A DNA stretch of 64,000 nucleotides from positions 1 through 64,000 of the IMG/VR virus record IMGVR_UViG_3300013136_000003; one strand, 5' to 3'. The DNA comes from a virus. Of the stretch, positions 39,643-47,724 are shown piece after piece. Numbering within the stretch: the first letter of the stretch is position 1; every line of letters starts with the position of its first letter. The notes under the pieces were generated by a model. It had not been told where the DNA came from, made no database searches, and saw nothing but the letters and a program-made list of their open reading frames with translations. The position numbers and the translations under genes were made by a program.

Positions 39643-40263
39643 ATGAAATTAGTAAAAATATACGTTCTTAAAGATCCAAAAACAGACGAAGTTCAATATG
39701 TCGGTAGGTCAACTCAACCCGATACTAGGTATCGTCAACACATTTATTTAGCAAGAAAGCCAGGTAAAAAAGACATAAAGACCGCATGGATTCGAAGTTT
39801 GCTTGATGAAAATCAAAAACCGGTACTTGAAATAATTGACGAATGCGATCAATTTGACGCTCAAATTAGAGAAACTTATTGGATCGGCGAATATAAAAAA
39901 CTGGGAAATCTTAAAAATCAACGAGATTTTGTAGAAAATGGGTATTTATTTTCTGAAGAAAGTCGAAAGAAAATGTCAGAGTCAGCTAAAGGAAATACTA
40001 ATACTAGAGGTAAAAAAAGATCAGCTGAACAGGCATATCGGTGTGGTAATGCAAATAGAGGAAAACATAAATCAATAGAATCTATATTAAAAGTAAGTAA
40101 ACCAATTTTTCAATTAACTATTGAAAATGTATTAATCTGTGAATGGTCATCTCAGAAGGAAGCAGCAAAGACCTTGTCAATAAATCAAAGAAATATTTCA
40201 TCGGTTTGTAATGGGATTAGACAAACCGCCGGTGGATATAAATGGAAATTCAAAAATACCTAA
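39643..40263 (+). CDS. GIY-YIG homing endonuclease with NUMOD3/NUMOD1-like motifs
   Basis: KIYVLKDP...YVGRS; FSEESRKKMSES; WSSQKEAAKTL...TAGGYKWKF; AT-rich. Confidence 0.85.
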   Translation: MKLVKIYVLKDPKTDEVQYVGRSTQPDTRYRQHIYLARKPGKKDIKTAWIRSLLDENQKPVLEIIDECDQFDAQIRETYWIGEYKKLGNLKNQRDFVENGYLFSEESRKKMSESAKGNTNTRGKKRSAEQAYRCGNANRGKHKSIESILKVSKPIFQLTIENVLICEWSSQKEAAKTLSINQRNISSVCNGIRQTAGGYKWKFKNT

Positions 40264-40267
40264 AATT

Positions 40268-40915
40268 ATGCGTTTTGTTTCTATAGACATCGAAACTACT
40301 GGGTTAGACCCAGAAACCTGCCAGATCCTTCAGATCGGAGCAGTTATCGAAGACACTCTAAACGTGAAGCCCACCTCGGAACTTCCGTCCTTTTCGTGCA
40401 TCATCGATCACCAAACAATAACAGGCCGGCCATTTGCTCTCAACATGAACAACTGGATCATGAAGATCCTTGCTTCTTTGGAAACAGCGTCTAAGGAAGA
40501 ACGTGCTGAGATAAGAAAATCGAATCACATCATGGGAGAAGGCTTAGTGGCCAGAGCACTTTACGAGTGGTTAAGAGGTCAAGGAATTCACCCAAGAGCC
40601 GATTCGAAGACTGAACAAGTGAACATAAACGTTGCTGGCAAAAACTTTGCCACGTTCGATAAACTTTTCCTAGAAAAGCTTCCTAGCTGGTCAAGCTTCA
40701 TCCAAGTCAACCAGAGGATAATCGATCCAGGCATTATCTTCACAGATTGGCAAACCGACGAAAAACTTCCGAGTTTGGGAGTTTGCATGAAGAGAATTGG
40801 AGTAGACGGAGAAGTCACTCACGATGCTGTGCAAGATGCAATCGACGTGATTCGCGTGATTCGTAAGGTGACATCGGACTATCAGAACGTTCTGTATCTG
40901 AGTCCGAATAGATAA
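40268..40915 (+). CDS. DEDDh 3'-5' exonuclease
   Basis: SIDIETTGLDP, AGKNFATFD, THDAVQDA. Confidence 0.85.
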   Translation: MRFVSIDIETTGLDPETCQILQIGAVIEDTLNVKPTSELPSFSCIIDHQTITGRPFALNMNNWIMKILASLETASKEERAEIRKSNHIMGEGLVARALYEWLRGQGIHPRADSKTEQVNINVAGKNFATFDKLFLEKLPSWSSFIQVNQRIIDPGIIFTDWQTDEKLPSLGVCMKRIGVDGEVTHDAVQDAIDVIRVIRKVTSDYQNVLYLSPNR

Positions 40916-40922
40916 CCTTACT

Positions 40923-41162
40923 ATGACATGCTGTAACGGCGAAAAACCTAAACCTAACCCAACTTTCCTCAGCCGAATCCTAGATAAGGTGTTCGTTTCT
41001 GAAGCTGAGAAGAATCGTCGCATGTCCATCTGTAGGGCATGCGATCATTTTAACCCGACATTCGTTCAGTGCAAGCTGTGCGGGTGTTTTCTTGAAGCAA
41101 AAACCCGTCTTCAGGGGTTTCACTGCGCGTTAGACCTCATCGGCGAGCAACCGGCTTGGTGA
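40923..41162 (+). CDS. Small Cys-rich protein
   Basis: RRMSICRAC...QCKLCGCFLEAK...HC. Confidence 0.7.
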   Translation: MTCCNGEKPKPNPTFLSRILDKVFVSEAEKNRRMSICRACDHFNPTFVQCKLCGCFLEAKTRLQGFHCALDLIGEQPAW

Positions 41163-41242
41163 TAAATAACACTGAAGCAGACTTGTGCTTCCTTAACTGG
41201 TGAGGAAAATCCCAGCTATGAAAACCGGTACTCCGGTGGACA

Positions 41243-41503
41243 GTGACGTTAATAAACAGGAAAATAAAACGATTGAGCAACCTAGCGAACTGGGCGATGA
41301 TGATCGGGCTGTTTTTCAACCCGTTTGGCTTCGACGCTGTGCAGTATTCTTTGATCCGCCTAACTGGGGATCTCTGGTACGCCAATTTTATTATGTACTG
41401 TGCGGCGGCATCGTTTTTTGGACTTGCCTTCTTCTTTCGCTTTAGGTACAAACGGATCGAAAGAAACCTAAAAATTCAGGAAGAGTTAAATGGAAATAGT
41501 TAA
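41243..41503 (+). CDS. Small two-TM membrane protein
   Basis: GLFFNPFGFDAV motif; two hydrophobic helices. Confidence 0.6.
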   Translation: MTLINRKIKRLSNLANWAMMIGLFFNPFGFDAVQYSLIRLTGDLWYANFIMYCAAASFFGLAFFFRFRYKRIERNLKIQEELNGNS

Positions 41504-41720
41504 AACGTTCGACGGTTTTGTAAACGAAAACAATTCAAGGTTTCCACACGAGATAAAATCCGAAAAGTACTGGAGGCAGATGGCATACGGTGATAAATTT
41601 CTAAACGACGTGCTGGATACGATAATGAAAAAGCAAAAAGGCTTTGCTTCGGACAGACAGATGGCACTGCTAAAAAGAAAAGCCAGCGGCGATACTACTC
41701 CGTATTCCACCAAAAATTAG
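41490..41720 (+). CDS. Small putative internal head protein
   Basis: MEIVKTFDGFVNE leader. Confidence 0.65.
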   Translation: MEIVKTFDGFVNENNSRFPHEIKSEKYWRQMAYGDKFLNDVLDTIMKKQKGFASDRQMALLKRKASGDTTPYSTKN

Positions 41721-41812
41721 AGCCAGCTCTTAGGTACGTCTATCATATTCACTGAGTGTTAATTGCAAGAAGTTTTCTGGTTGTTTTTGAATAAATAAAA
41801 ACAAAAATCACC

Positions 41813-42370
41813 ATGAAGAAATTATTGTTTTTGGTAGCTTTTGTTCTGCTAGCTATTAGCTGCGAAAAAGAACAAACGCCAGAACAGATCCTACCGAAAC
41901 CTACACAGGTTTCGCAAATCGAATTAGATGCGGGTTATACACAGTACGTTCTTCCGAACATTACGCTAACTCAGCTAAAAGCTGGCAACGGCAATGGAAA
42001 TGGAAACAACCCAAGAGTAGATAACGGTATTAGAATCGTTTGGGATTCAAATCTCAACAACGGAACCTCGCCAGATGGTCCAATTTACTTGGAAGAAGGA
42101 GAGAACATGCAGTTGAGCATCGAATGGTTGGCTGATGAAATTCCAGGAGCAACTGTAAATTGGTACACAAACGATCAGCAAGTAGCTAGTGTAAATTGGT
42201 TGGGCGTGCTATCTGAATCCTGGATAGGTTCTTGGTACCCAGGTTATTCGACAGTAACGGTTATTACAGCAGTCATTTACCGCCCGAAACCTAATTACAA
42301 CGGACCACACCCATGGAACGGTTGGCTTCAGCCTTACCAAGATAACGTCGTCGTACACATCGTTCCATAA
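41813..42370 (+). CDS. Lipoprotein with Ig-like segment
   Basis: Signal peptide MKKLLFLVAFVLLAIS-C followed by EKEQ; VNWYTNDQQVASVN..G Big_2-like motif. Confidence 0.7.
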   Translation: MKKLLFLVAFVLLAISCEKEQTPEQILPKPTQVSQIELDAGYTQYVLPNITLTQLKAGNGNGNGNNPRVDNGIRIVWDSNLNNGTSPDGPIYLEEGENMQLSIEWLADEIPGATVNWYTNDQQVASVNWLGVLSESWIGSWYPGYSTVTVITAVIYRPKPNYNGPHPWNGWLQPYQDNVVVHIVP

Positions 42371-42439
42371 TTTTTTACTGAAGAAAAACCGATTGATAAG
42401 ATCATAGTATATTATCAACCTAAGTTCTTAAACATTTTG

Positions 42440-42855
42440 CGTTCGGTAGAGGAATCAGGAAGTCATGAGCCTGGTTCTAGTGCGTGCCAGAACAACCTGT
42501 ATTGCAAAAGCAGGTAATGGCTCGAGCTAGGGGGATGCCCCACATGCAATGAAAAAGGCGGCCAAGCGGTCGGCATGAACTGTCTAACCAGCAGAGCTTG
42601 AGGTTTCGATCAGATACTTAAATGGTATCTTGCAAACGACGTACGGGTATACAAGATCCCCGTCTTGTGGCCGAATAATTTTCGTTGCGTGAAATAAGGC
42701 ACGCAGTTTGTTGTGGTGACACAGCAGCGGTTCATGGAGCAGCTAACCTGCTTTGAGCTGCCCTCGACAGAGGGAACTGATGGTCGTCGTACACACTTGC
42801 AGCGCAACATCGAACTGGAGGTAAAACCTAACCCTTCCGTACGTTCTACTGAGCG
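42440..42855 (+). ncRNA. Large structured non-coding RNA of unknown class (about 415 nt)
   Basis: 12-bp terminal helix 42440-42451/42844-42855, many internal hairpins, long-range complementarities, upstream promoter motif at 42386-42414 and its own terminator; no credible ORF. Confidence 0.75.
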
Positions 42856-42860
42856 ATATT

Positions 42861-42886
42861 AAACCGGCCACAGTGCCGGTTTTTTT
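42861..42886 (+). terminator. Rho-independent terminator of the ncRNA
   Basis: AAACCGGC/GCCGGTTT plus T run. Confidence 0.85.
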
Positions 42887-42904
42887 ATGCGACTCGCGCT
42901 GCAC

Positions 42905-42931
42905 AAAAAAAAGCCGGACTGGCCGGCTTTT
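42905..42931 (-). terminator. Terminator for the DUF4494-like gene
   Basis: A-run AAAAGCCGG/CCGGCTTTT. Confidence 0.75.
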
Positions 42932-42949
42932 AAGTTCGGTTGGTAGAAG

Positions 42950-43150
42950 TTACTCCTCCAAAACGCTCATGATCTTTGATTCCTGAACGCTCTCGATAAA
43001 GCACGGAGAGATTCCATGAGAGAAACGCTTTAACGCTTTGTCTTCTGCATCTCCGACCGAGTCGGCATCCACCAAGTGTTGTTCTTTCACTTTCTTGACC
43101 TTTCCGTTTTCCTGGTCAACTTCAAATCTGATTTTTACTAAGTAGTACAT
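42950..43150 (-). CDS. DUF4494-like protein
   Basis: YLVKIRFE...ENGKVKKVKEQHLVDADSVGDAE; Bacteroidota-associated family. Confidence 0.75.
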   Translation of the reverse strand: MYYLVKIRFEVDQENGKVKKVKEQHLVDADSVGDAEDKALKRFSHGISPCFIESVQESKIMSVLEE

Positions 43151-43328
43151 TGTTCTTCGATTTTGTTTGCTTATTTTACTAGAGCTGTGCCCTAGGTTTC
43201 ATTTATTTATCCAGACAGCCAGACTAACCTAGGATCCCACAGGAGACCCCCAGACCTCATCCTACTGAGAAGTCACTGTGTAACACATCTTCAGTATGCG
43301 CACACGCCTGAGCCCTCTAACGAATCGT

Positions 43329-43356
43329 AAACTTCAATCGACTTTTTAGTACAATT
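43329..43356 (+). promoter_or_regulatory. ECF-like (middle) promoter AAAC-N16/17-GTAnAAT; representative copy
   Basis: Copies with AAAC at 2038, 28929, 42386, 43329, 57480, 59396, 60195 (+) and 43199 (-), each 20-21 nt before GTA. Confidence 0.55.
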
Positions 43357-43364
43357 TAAAGATT

Positions 43365-44021
43365 ATGAAAGTTAGAGAAGAATTGATTTACGAACCAGAC
43401 AAGACCTGGTTCATCAGCGATACCCACTTCGGACACGATAACGTGCTGAAGTTTGAAGCAGGGTACCACAATTTTGCAAACATCGAGGATCACGACAAAA
43501 CGATCGTCGCAAATTGGTTTGCAACAGTTTACGATGACGATACTGTATTTTTCTTGGGCGATGCTTCTATGCCAAGAGTTAAATTGGACTACGTTAGAAG
43601 CATCTTTGCTCAGCTTCCAGGGAAGATAGTGTGGGTGACAGGAAATCACGATTATCACATCGATGATTTTTGGAAGAAAGAACTGATCAGAGTAGCAAAC
43701 ATAGTGGAATTCACGAGCTACAAAGAAATTTTTATCAAGTGCAAGGAACGGACAAACTATCCGCACGGTTACGATTTTCTTCGGCACATCGTTCTGTTTC
43801 ACTACCCTATCGCAGAATTTAACGGCTCCTTTAGGGACACGTTTCACGTGTACGGTCACACGCACGAAAATTTGTACCCGATAAAGAACGCCTACACAGC
43901 TACTGCATGTTTAACTGGTTACAAACCGGTGAATTATGCATGGCTTGCTGAAAAAATAGCCGAACACAATGAAGGACTTGATAGACCTGGGAAACCAAGT
44001 ATTCAACGTTTTAAAGGATAA
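43365..44021 (+). CDS. Calcineurin-like metallophosphoesterase
   Basis: SDTHFGH, LGD, GNHD, LFHYP, YGHTH. Confidence 0.9.
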   Translation: MKVREELIYEPDKTWFISDTHFGHDNVLKFEAGYHNFANIEDHDKTIVANWFATVYDDDTVFFLGDASMPRVKLDYVRSIFAQLPGKIVWVTGNHDYHIDDFWKKELIRVANIVEFTSYKEIFIKCKERTNYPHGYDFLRHIVLFHYPIAEFNGSFRDTFHVYGHTHENLYPIKNAYTATACLTGYKPVNYAWLAEKIAEHNEGLDRPGKPSIQRFKG

Positions 44022-44328
44022 ACACGGAGAGATCGAAGAATCTCGAATGCTTTTTCTGTACTTCATCACTCAAAAAAATAAGTGGGACATATTGGGTTCT
44101 AACCATTGGATCATCTTAGAAGTAAATGGAATAATCAAGAATTTCGCGGATCCGGCGATCGATCAGTTGAACCAAGAATGGTTAGCCCTAAAAGAACGAG
44201 TGGATTACGAATTTCTCATCAACAAGCTTAACCACCTCAGAAAAGAGTACGACCGTCCTGCGCCAAAGGATGGAGACATTTGGGAATTTGGCTCAAATTC
44301 TGGAACATTTAGAAACATTTCTATATGA
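43969..44328 (+). CDS. Hypothetical protein
   Basis: ORF in operon. Confidence 0.55.
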   Translation: MKDLIDLGNQVFNVLKDKHGEIEESRMLFLYFITQKNKWDILGSNHWIILEVNGIIKNFADPAIDQLNQEWLALKERVDYEFLINKLNHLRKEYDRPAPKDGDIWEFGSNSGTFRNISI

Positions 44329-44510
44329 GCAAATCCATCTTCAATAAGGATTGGGAAGAATTCGTAAAGACGTTAACCCCAGAACAGCAAGAAGCTCTAA
44401 AACAATACGACGAAGCTGTTTTTAAAGCTCAGCAAAGAAAACCATTTATCGTTTGCTCAGCTAAGCTGGCTGAAGAATTGCAAAAATTACAAGAACAACC
44501 GAATGAATAA
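44325..44510 (+). CDS. Small hypothetical protein
   Basis: Overlaps both neighbours. Confidence 0.55.
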   Translation: MSKSIFNKDWEEFVKTLTPEQQEALKQYDEAVFKAQQRKPFIVCSAKLAEELQKLQEQPNE

Positions 44511-45572
44511 CTTAGATAAGCAATACTTTGAACTGTTGGAAGACATTCTAAGTAACGGAACACAAAAAGGAGACCGGACCGGCACTGGAAACATCTCAGT
44601 GTTCGGTAGAATGATTCGCCACAAGATGAGCGAAGGTTTTCCGCTCATCACAACCAAGAAAGTTTATTTCAAGGGGGTTCTCGTCGAACTTCTCTGGTTC
44701 CTCAAAGGTGGGACCAACATCAAGTACATGGTGGAAAATGACTGCACCATCTGGGTAGGAGATGCTTACAAAAAATTTCAAAGCGTTCAGAACGCCATCA
44801 TTGGGTTAAAGCCGCCTGCGTCTGATGAAGCACTCGCTAAGTACATCGATTGGTACGAAAACATTAAGACTAAAGACGATTTTATCGAAAAAATAAAAAC
44901 AGACGACCAGTTTGCACAAAGGCATGGTGATCTTGGCCCAGTTTATGGAAAGCAATGGAGAGAATGGCAAGGATCAATTCCATCAATCGATCAGATAAAA
45001 GATCTCATAGACAAATTAAAAAATAATCCAGAAGATCGTCGAATGATCGTAAGCGCATGGAACGTTCAGGAAATTCCATTAATGACTCTACCTCCGTGCC
45101 ACTATTCATTTCAGTGTTACGCTAGGCCATTAAGTTCAAAAGAGCGAGTTAATTTATGGAAGGTAAAACACGGAATGACAGAATCAGAAGAATTACTTTA
45201 CCTTTACTAAATTCAACATTAGAGGAACAAAATATTCCAAAATATGAGTTATCTCTAATGTTTAACATTCGCAGCAATGACGTTCCGTTGGGCTTGCCTT
45301 TCAACTTGGCTTCCTACGGCCTCCTTCTTGAGATCTTAGCGAAACACGTGAACATGGTTCCTGGAGAGCTGATAGCATCTATCGGAGACACTCACATCTA
45401 CTTGAACCAAGTGCCGATGATCAAGGAACAGTTGGAAAGAGAATCTTTTCCATTACCAACTATAAAGATAGATGACCGCCAAGTCGACGACATTTCTGAG
45501 TACAAGATAGAGGATTTCGAGATCTTTGGTTACCAATCTCAGTCGGCGATAAAAATACCTCTTTCTAATTAG
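44503..45572 (+). CDS. thyA: Thymidylate synthase split across two frames (44503..45210 and -1 frame 45156..45572)
   Basis: DRTGTG, FPLITTKK, ELLWFL, LGPVYGKQWR, RRMIVSAWN, LPPCH in part 1; RSNDVPLGLPFN, GDTHIYLNQ in part 2. Confidence 0.9.
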
Positions 45573-46897
45573 GCAGTAGGAATTGCTGGTGGGTTGATAG
45601 TTCCGCCAGCTAAGACGCGTTTTACGCCGTCACCTGTTCCCCAGGTTCTAAGATCTGGGCAATCTGCCAATTGTTGAGCAGTCACTGAATCATTCCTAAG
45701 AAGAGCTAACAGTCTAGCGTAGTACGGGAGTTTTAGAGTAGCAACCGTTGCTGCTAACCCGGCCGCTGGATTTGGATATTCCTTAACCCCAGCCGAACTG
45801 TAATTTCTAATTCCTTTAATTTTCAACTTTTTGGTAGTGTTGAACGGATTGTAGTCTGCTTGACCTCCTTCGGCTTGACGCCATGCTTTTAAGAACTTCA
45901 TCTTTTCTGGAGTTTCGTTAGTACCAAGCATTCTAAGAATTGCTCTGTAGAAATTATCATCATTAACAGATCCGCCTACCACCACGTCTGCTCCACCGAT
46001 AGTAGCGTACTTCGAAAGTTCTTCCTTTCCGAAACCTTTGTTTTGTAAGTTAGCAATCAGTCGCTTGACCAAACCGCCATCGATCAGCGATATTCCAGGA
46101 GAACCAGCGGGTTCTCCAGCTGACTGTTTTGCTGCTGACAGACTTGATTTGTGTTCCCAATGCCAGGGTTCTCTCGGTATGCTGGTAAACCCGTAATTCT
46201 TAGCGTTAGTGTTCATCCAAGCTTGAGCTTTAGCGTCCAACTTTAAGTCCAAGGCTGCACCCCAACCATGGTTGGAAGTTCCAGGAACGGCAGCGTACCC
46301 GCCTTGGTTGTATAGGCCCTTTTCCTTTGCCACTTGAACTTGCTGATCGTAATTTCTGTAAGAGTCTGTGATCTGCCAAGTTACACCATCTTCGGCGGCA
46401 GCCTTGACCATTTTTTCATAGTCTTCTTTCGCTTCTTTGTTAAGTCTGTGGTGAGTTTCTCCGTGACCAGGAGTAGAAATAGTTTCAAGATCGTTTGTAC
46501 CAAGCCGGCCGTTTTGCGCTTCACCTACTAGTTCTGAAAAACTCTTGAAATTTACAAGAGATTCGTCCGCCGGTTGGTTAGATTTAGTAGCAGAGTTAAA
46601 ATTAGCAATGGCATTTGCTGTTTCTGGGCCAAAGTAACCGTCCACACCGTGTTTTGGCATCTTAAAACCTAGGAAATCCAAGCCTGCTTGAATTTTCTTG
46701 ACGAGATCCGAGTACTGCATGTTACCTTTTGACTGAACGGTGATAGTTTTTCCAGAGTTGGCAAAATCCTCGAGCTCAGAATAGAATTCCTTATCGTTGG
46801 CGGAAAGACCTTTAGTTTCGTCCTTTTTTCCTCTTAACCAATCCCAAAAACCGCCCTCGTTCATCTGCTTTTCAAAATCGTCGAAGTTCTTTACCAT
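45569..46897 (-). CDS. Multi-domain peptidoglycan hydrolase: PG-binding + M15B (VanY-like) peptidase + C-terminal lysozyme-like domain
   Basis: HGVDGYFGPETANAI; SYRNYDQQ, AAVPGTSNHGWGAALD, EPWHW; AWRQAEGG..YNPFNTT. Confidence 0.85.
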   Translation of the reverse strand: MVKNFDDFEKQMNEGGFWDWLRGKKDETKGLSANDKEFYSELEDFANSGKTITVQSKGNMQYSDLVKKIQAGLDFLGFKMPKHGVDGYFGPETANAIANFNSATKSNQPADESLVNFKSFSELVGEAQNGRLGTNDLETISTPGHGETHHRLNKEAKEDYEKMVKAAAEDGVTWQITDSYRNYDQQVQVAKEKGLYNQGGYAAVPGTSNHGWGAALDLKLDAKAQAWMNTNAKNYGFTSIPREPWHWEHKSSLSAAKQSAGEPAGSPGISLIDGGLVKRLIANLQNKGFGKEELSKYATIGGADVVVGGSVNDDNFYRAILRMLGTNETPEKMKFLKAWRQAEGGQADYNPFNTTKKLKIKGIRNYSSAGVKEYPNPAAGLAATVATLKLPYYARLLALLRNDSVTAQQLADCPDLRTWGTGDGVKRVLAGGTINPPAIPTA

Positions 46898-46953
46898 GTA
46901 AACTATTTCCTTATTTTTTGTACTAGAGTACGGCTGATAAATTATTTATTTGA

Positions 46954-47724
46954 ATGAGCGAGAAAATAAAAAGAGTCACGATAGAGGGTTTCAGGTATTA
47001 CAAAGTAACTGACGGTTTGGATTTAATAGGGGTGTTCCCCAGCGTGACTACTGTGTTGGGAGAAACTGGAGACAAGGAATGGCTTGCTCAGTGGAAGGAC
47101 CGCATCGGACACAGCAAAGCGAACGAGATAAGTTCAGACGCTACAAAGAGAGGAACGGTCATGCACAGACTGTGCGAGATTTATCTGAACCTTCCTCAGT
47201 CGCTGTCGAGTCACGATAAGCTGAATGAAACCTTAGCTCTTTCACGATTGGACGATGAGATCGATAAGTTTGACAATAGAGCAAAAATCGTTGGCGGAGC
47301 TCTTTTTTACAATTACATCAGAGCTGGCGTGTTCAATGACATTCAAAAAGTGATCGCTCAGGAAAAATTTTTGTGGACAGCTAGGGACGGCGGTTTTGCT
47401 GGAACGCTGGACAATTTGTCCCTTTTAACGACCAACGAACACGCTGTAATAGATTTCAAAACAGCAAAAAAGCCGAAAGATGAAGCTTGGATCAAAGATT
47501 ACAAACTGCAAGTTGCAGCGTACGTGATAGCTGCATGGGATCGGCTTCGGATAAAATCAACGTCCTGCAGAATTCTCATATCGAATGAAACATCTCACGT
47601 TCCTCAGACGTTCACTCTAAACGAACGCGACATACGGGATAATTACCTTCTGTTTAGAACAAGGTTAGCTAAGTTCTATGAGATGCACCCGCCTAAATCA
47701 CTTGAGGAGCTCCGAGCTTTCTAA
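46954..47724 (+). CDS. PD-(D/E)XK exonuclease of T4-like phages
   Basis: FPSVTTVL, RGTVMHRLCE, FAGTLD, IDFKT, YKLQVAAY. Confidence 0.85.
   Translation: MSEKIKRVTIEGFRYYKVTDGLDLIGVFPSVTTVLGETGDKEWLAQWKDRIGHSKANEISSDATKRGTVMHRLCEIYLNLPQSLSSHDKLNETLALSRLDDEIDKFDNRAKIVGGALFYNYIRAGVFNDIQKVIAQEKFLWTARDGGFAGTLDNLSLLTTNEHAVIDFKTAKKPKDEAWIKDYKLQVAAYVIAAWDRLRIKSTSCRILISNETSHVPQTFTLNERDIRDNYLLFRTRLAKFYEMHPPKSLEELRAF

Noticed and set aside
42610-42810. 66-aa minus-strand ORF inside the ncRNA
   Set aside because: Alternative start, unusual composition, no promoter; lies wholly within the structured region
42440-42855. RNase P RNA or group II intron identity for the large ncRNA
   Set aside because: Only superficial matches (GGAAGTCATG, GTGCG, CCGTACGTTC); no 3' ACAGAAnnCGGCTTA P4 strand, no canonical domain V, and no interrupted host gene. 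A covariance search is still needed
45121-45260. Group I intron in thyA
   Set aside because: The two halves overlap; there is no intervening sequence to hold a ribozyme core
46954-47724. Cas4 as evidence of a CRISPR system
   Set aside because: Lacks the four-Cys cluster; typical stand-alone phage PD-(D/E)XK exonuclease
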